This document shows positions 63,193-64,000 of a DNA stretch of 64,000 bases, one piece after another; the first letter of the stretch is position 1; each line of letters starts with the position of its first letter. The notes under the pieces were generated by a model. That model saw only the letters and a list, made by a program, of their open reading frames with translations, was not told where the DNA came from and did no database searches. A program made the translations under genes and the position numbers. Location: the NCBI GenBank assembly GCA_045536845.1, contig JAZSOG010000011.1:34172-98171 (forward strand), read 5' to 3'. This DNA is from Kiritimatiellia bacterium. GTDB taxonomy: Bacteria > Verrucomicrobiota > Kiritimatiellia > RFP12 > UBA1067.

Positions 63193-64000
63193 TTACCAGT
63201 CCCTTTCGTTTGGCGGGAGCGGCGCCTTTCTCATGCGCGCTTTCTTCTCCGCCTCGTGCTCGTCGCTGCGCTCCTGCGCTTTCTTCAAAACGGCTTCGAC
63301 CTCCTGATCCTCGGAGTCCTGCTGATCGCCATCGTCGGGCTCGTCCTTGTTCTTGTCATCCTCGCCCTCGGACTGTTGCTGGTCCTGATTCTGTTGCTGC
63401 TGATCCTGATTCTGCTGTTGGTCCTGATTTTGCTGATTCTGCTGTTGGTTCTGGTCGTTCTTCTGCTGCTGGTCGTTTTTCTGCTGTTGCTGTCCGCCGC
63501 CATTGTTGTCCTTCGGCAGAAGCTCGCGTATCTCGTTGATGATCTCCAGTGCCTTCTCCTGCTCGGGCGGGAGGGACTTGTCTATGCAGCCAAGCTGAAT
63601 CTTCTCAAGTTCCGTTGCGAGAGCGGAAACCTTCGCCTGGTCCTCCGCAGTAAATGGCGGCTTGTTTGTGTCGCTCTGCGCCTGCTGCTCGTAGGCGCGC
63701 GCCCACGCAGGGAACTTCGCGCGGAAGGCACGCGTGTAGTCGAGCGCGTCCTGCTGCCAGCTGCGCCCGTTGAACTGCTCGACGTCAAGCCATGCGTTCG
63801 ACTGCGCGACAAGGTCTTCGTCCATCGCCGCTGGCGGCATCACCGTCAGCTTCACGAACCTCGTAAAGTCGTGCTCCACGTCAGAAAGAAGAGGATACGC
63901 CTCGGCGTCGAGATCGGAAAGCCGCTTCGCCGCGTCCTTCGTCTTCTTCCGCGCCGCGTCGATCTGCGCGGAGATAGTCGCCGCCTGCTCCTCGTTCGTG
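63193..64000 (-). CDS. hypothetical coiled-coil protein with a Q/N/D-rich acidic low-complexity region; probably 5'-partial
   Basis: The track starts it at GTG 63879. Hand translation shows the frame stays open with coding-like composition up to base 64000 (..TNEEQAATISAQIDAARKKTKDAAKRLSDLDAEAYPLLSD-VEHDF..), and there is no SD before 63879. Confidence 0.6.
   Translation of the reverse strand, partial: TNEEQAATISAQIDAARKKTKDAAKRLSDLDAEAYPLLSDVEHDFTRFVKLTVMPPAAMDEDLVAQSNAWLDVEQFNGRSWQQDALDYTRAFRAKFPAWARAYEQQAQSDTNKPPFTAEDQAKVSALATELEKIQLGCIDKSLPPEQEKALEIINEIRELLPKDNNGGGQQQQKNDQQQKNDQNQQQNQQNQDQQQNQDQQQQNQDQQQSEGEDDKNKDEPDDGDQQDSEDQEVEAVLKKAQERSDEHEAEKKARMRKAPLPPNERDW
63371..63497 (-). repeat. 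low-complexity CAG/CAA/AAC/GAC-rich coding tract (QQQKNDQQQKNDQNQQQNQQNQDQQQNQDQQQQNQDQQQ)
   Basis: Imperfect short tandem units (ctgattctgctgttggtcctgatt...) read directly. Confidence 0.85.

Overview
High-GC (roughly 60%), gene-dense bacterial chromosomal window, transcribed almost entirely from the minus strand. Only the xylR-like gene 16793..17995, a hipA remnant and 48083..50338 are on the plus strand.

Positions 1 to 51.8 kb form an accessory glycan-degradation and surface-protein island. Positions 51.8 to 64 kb are conserved housekeeping genes: serS, an ArfB-like factor, DUF2062, DUF1015, a cyclophilin, gatC and gatA, a TolB-like protein, argJ, citrate synthase and murG.

The island encodes:
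- six secreted beta-helix/adhesin-like proteins (568 to 1795 aa) that all end in the same extreme C-terminal tail, G-x-(mostly hydrophobic)4-R-stop
- an S8 subtilase sandwiched between two of them
- clan GH-A-like glycoside hydrolases (one family present twice)
- a CE4 deacetylase, an SGNH sialate-O-acetylesterase-like enzyme and two alpha/beta esterases
- a parallel beta-helix enzyme, an outer-membrane barrel and a MATE exporter
- a XylR/AraC hybrid regulator
- a NarL-type two-component system whose kinase gene is split exactly at a (TTCC)4 tetranucleotide tract
- three orphan AAA/STAND ATPases in visibly AT-richer islets
- a decayed hipBA remnant

The most striking non-coding signal is a 16-bp palindrome [A/C]TATAC-N4-GTATA[T/G]. 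It sits 21 to 22 nt upstream of a TG-extended TAnAAT -10 box at five sites. These sites would control six transcription units of the island.

The three giant genes also share a ~210-nt promoter/leader/signal-peptide cassette and near-identical internal tracts that suggest gene conversion.

No rRNA, tRNA, CRISPR array, transposase or integrase was recognised. The lineage guess (PVC-type, Lentisphaerota/Kiritimatiellota/Verrucomicrobiota-like) is inference from gene content only. Many long ORFs in the track are antisense or off-frame shadow ORFs of the high-GC genes and were rejected.
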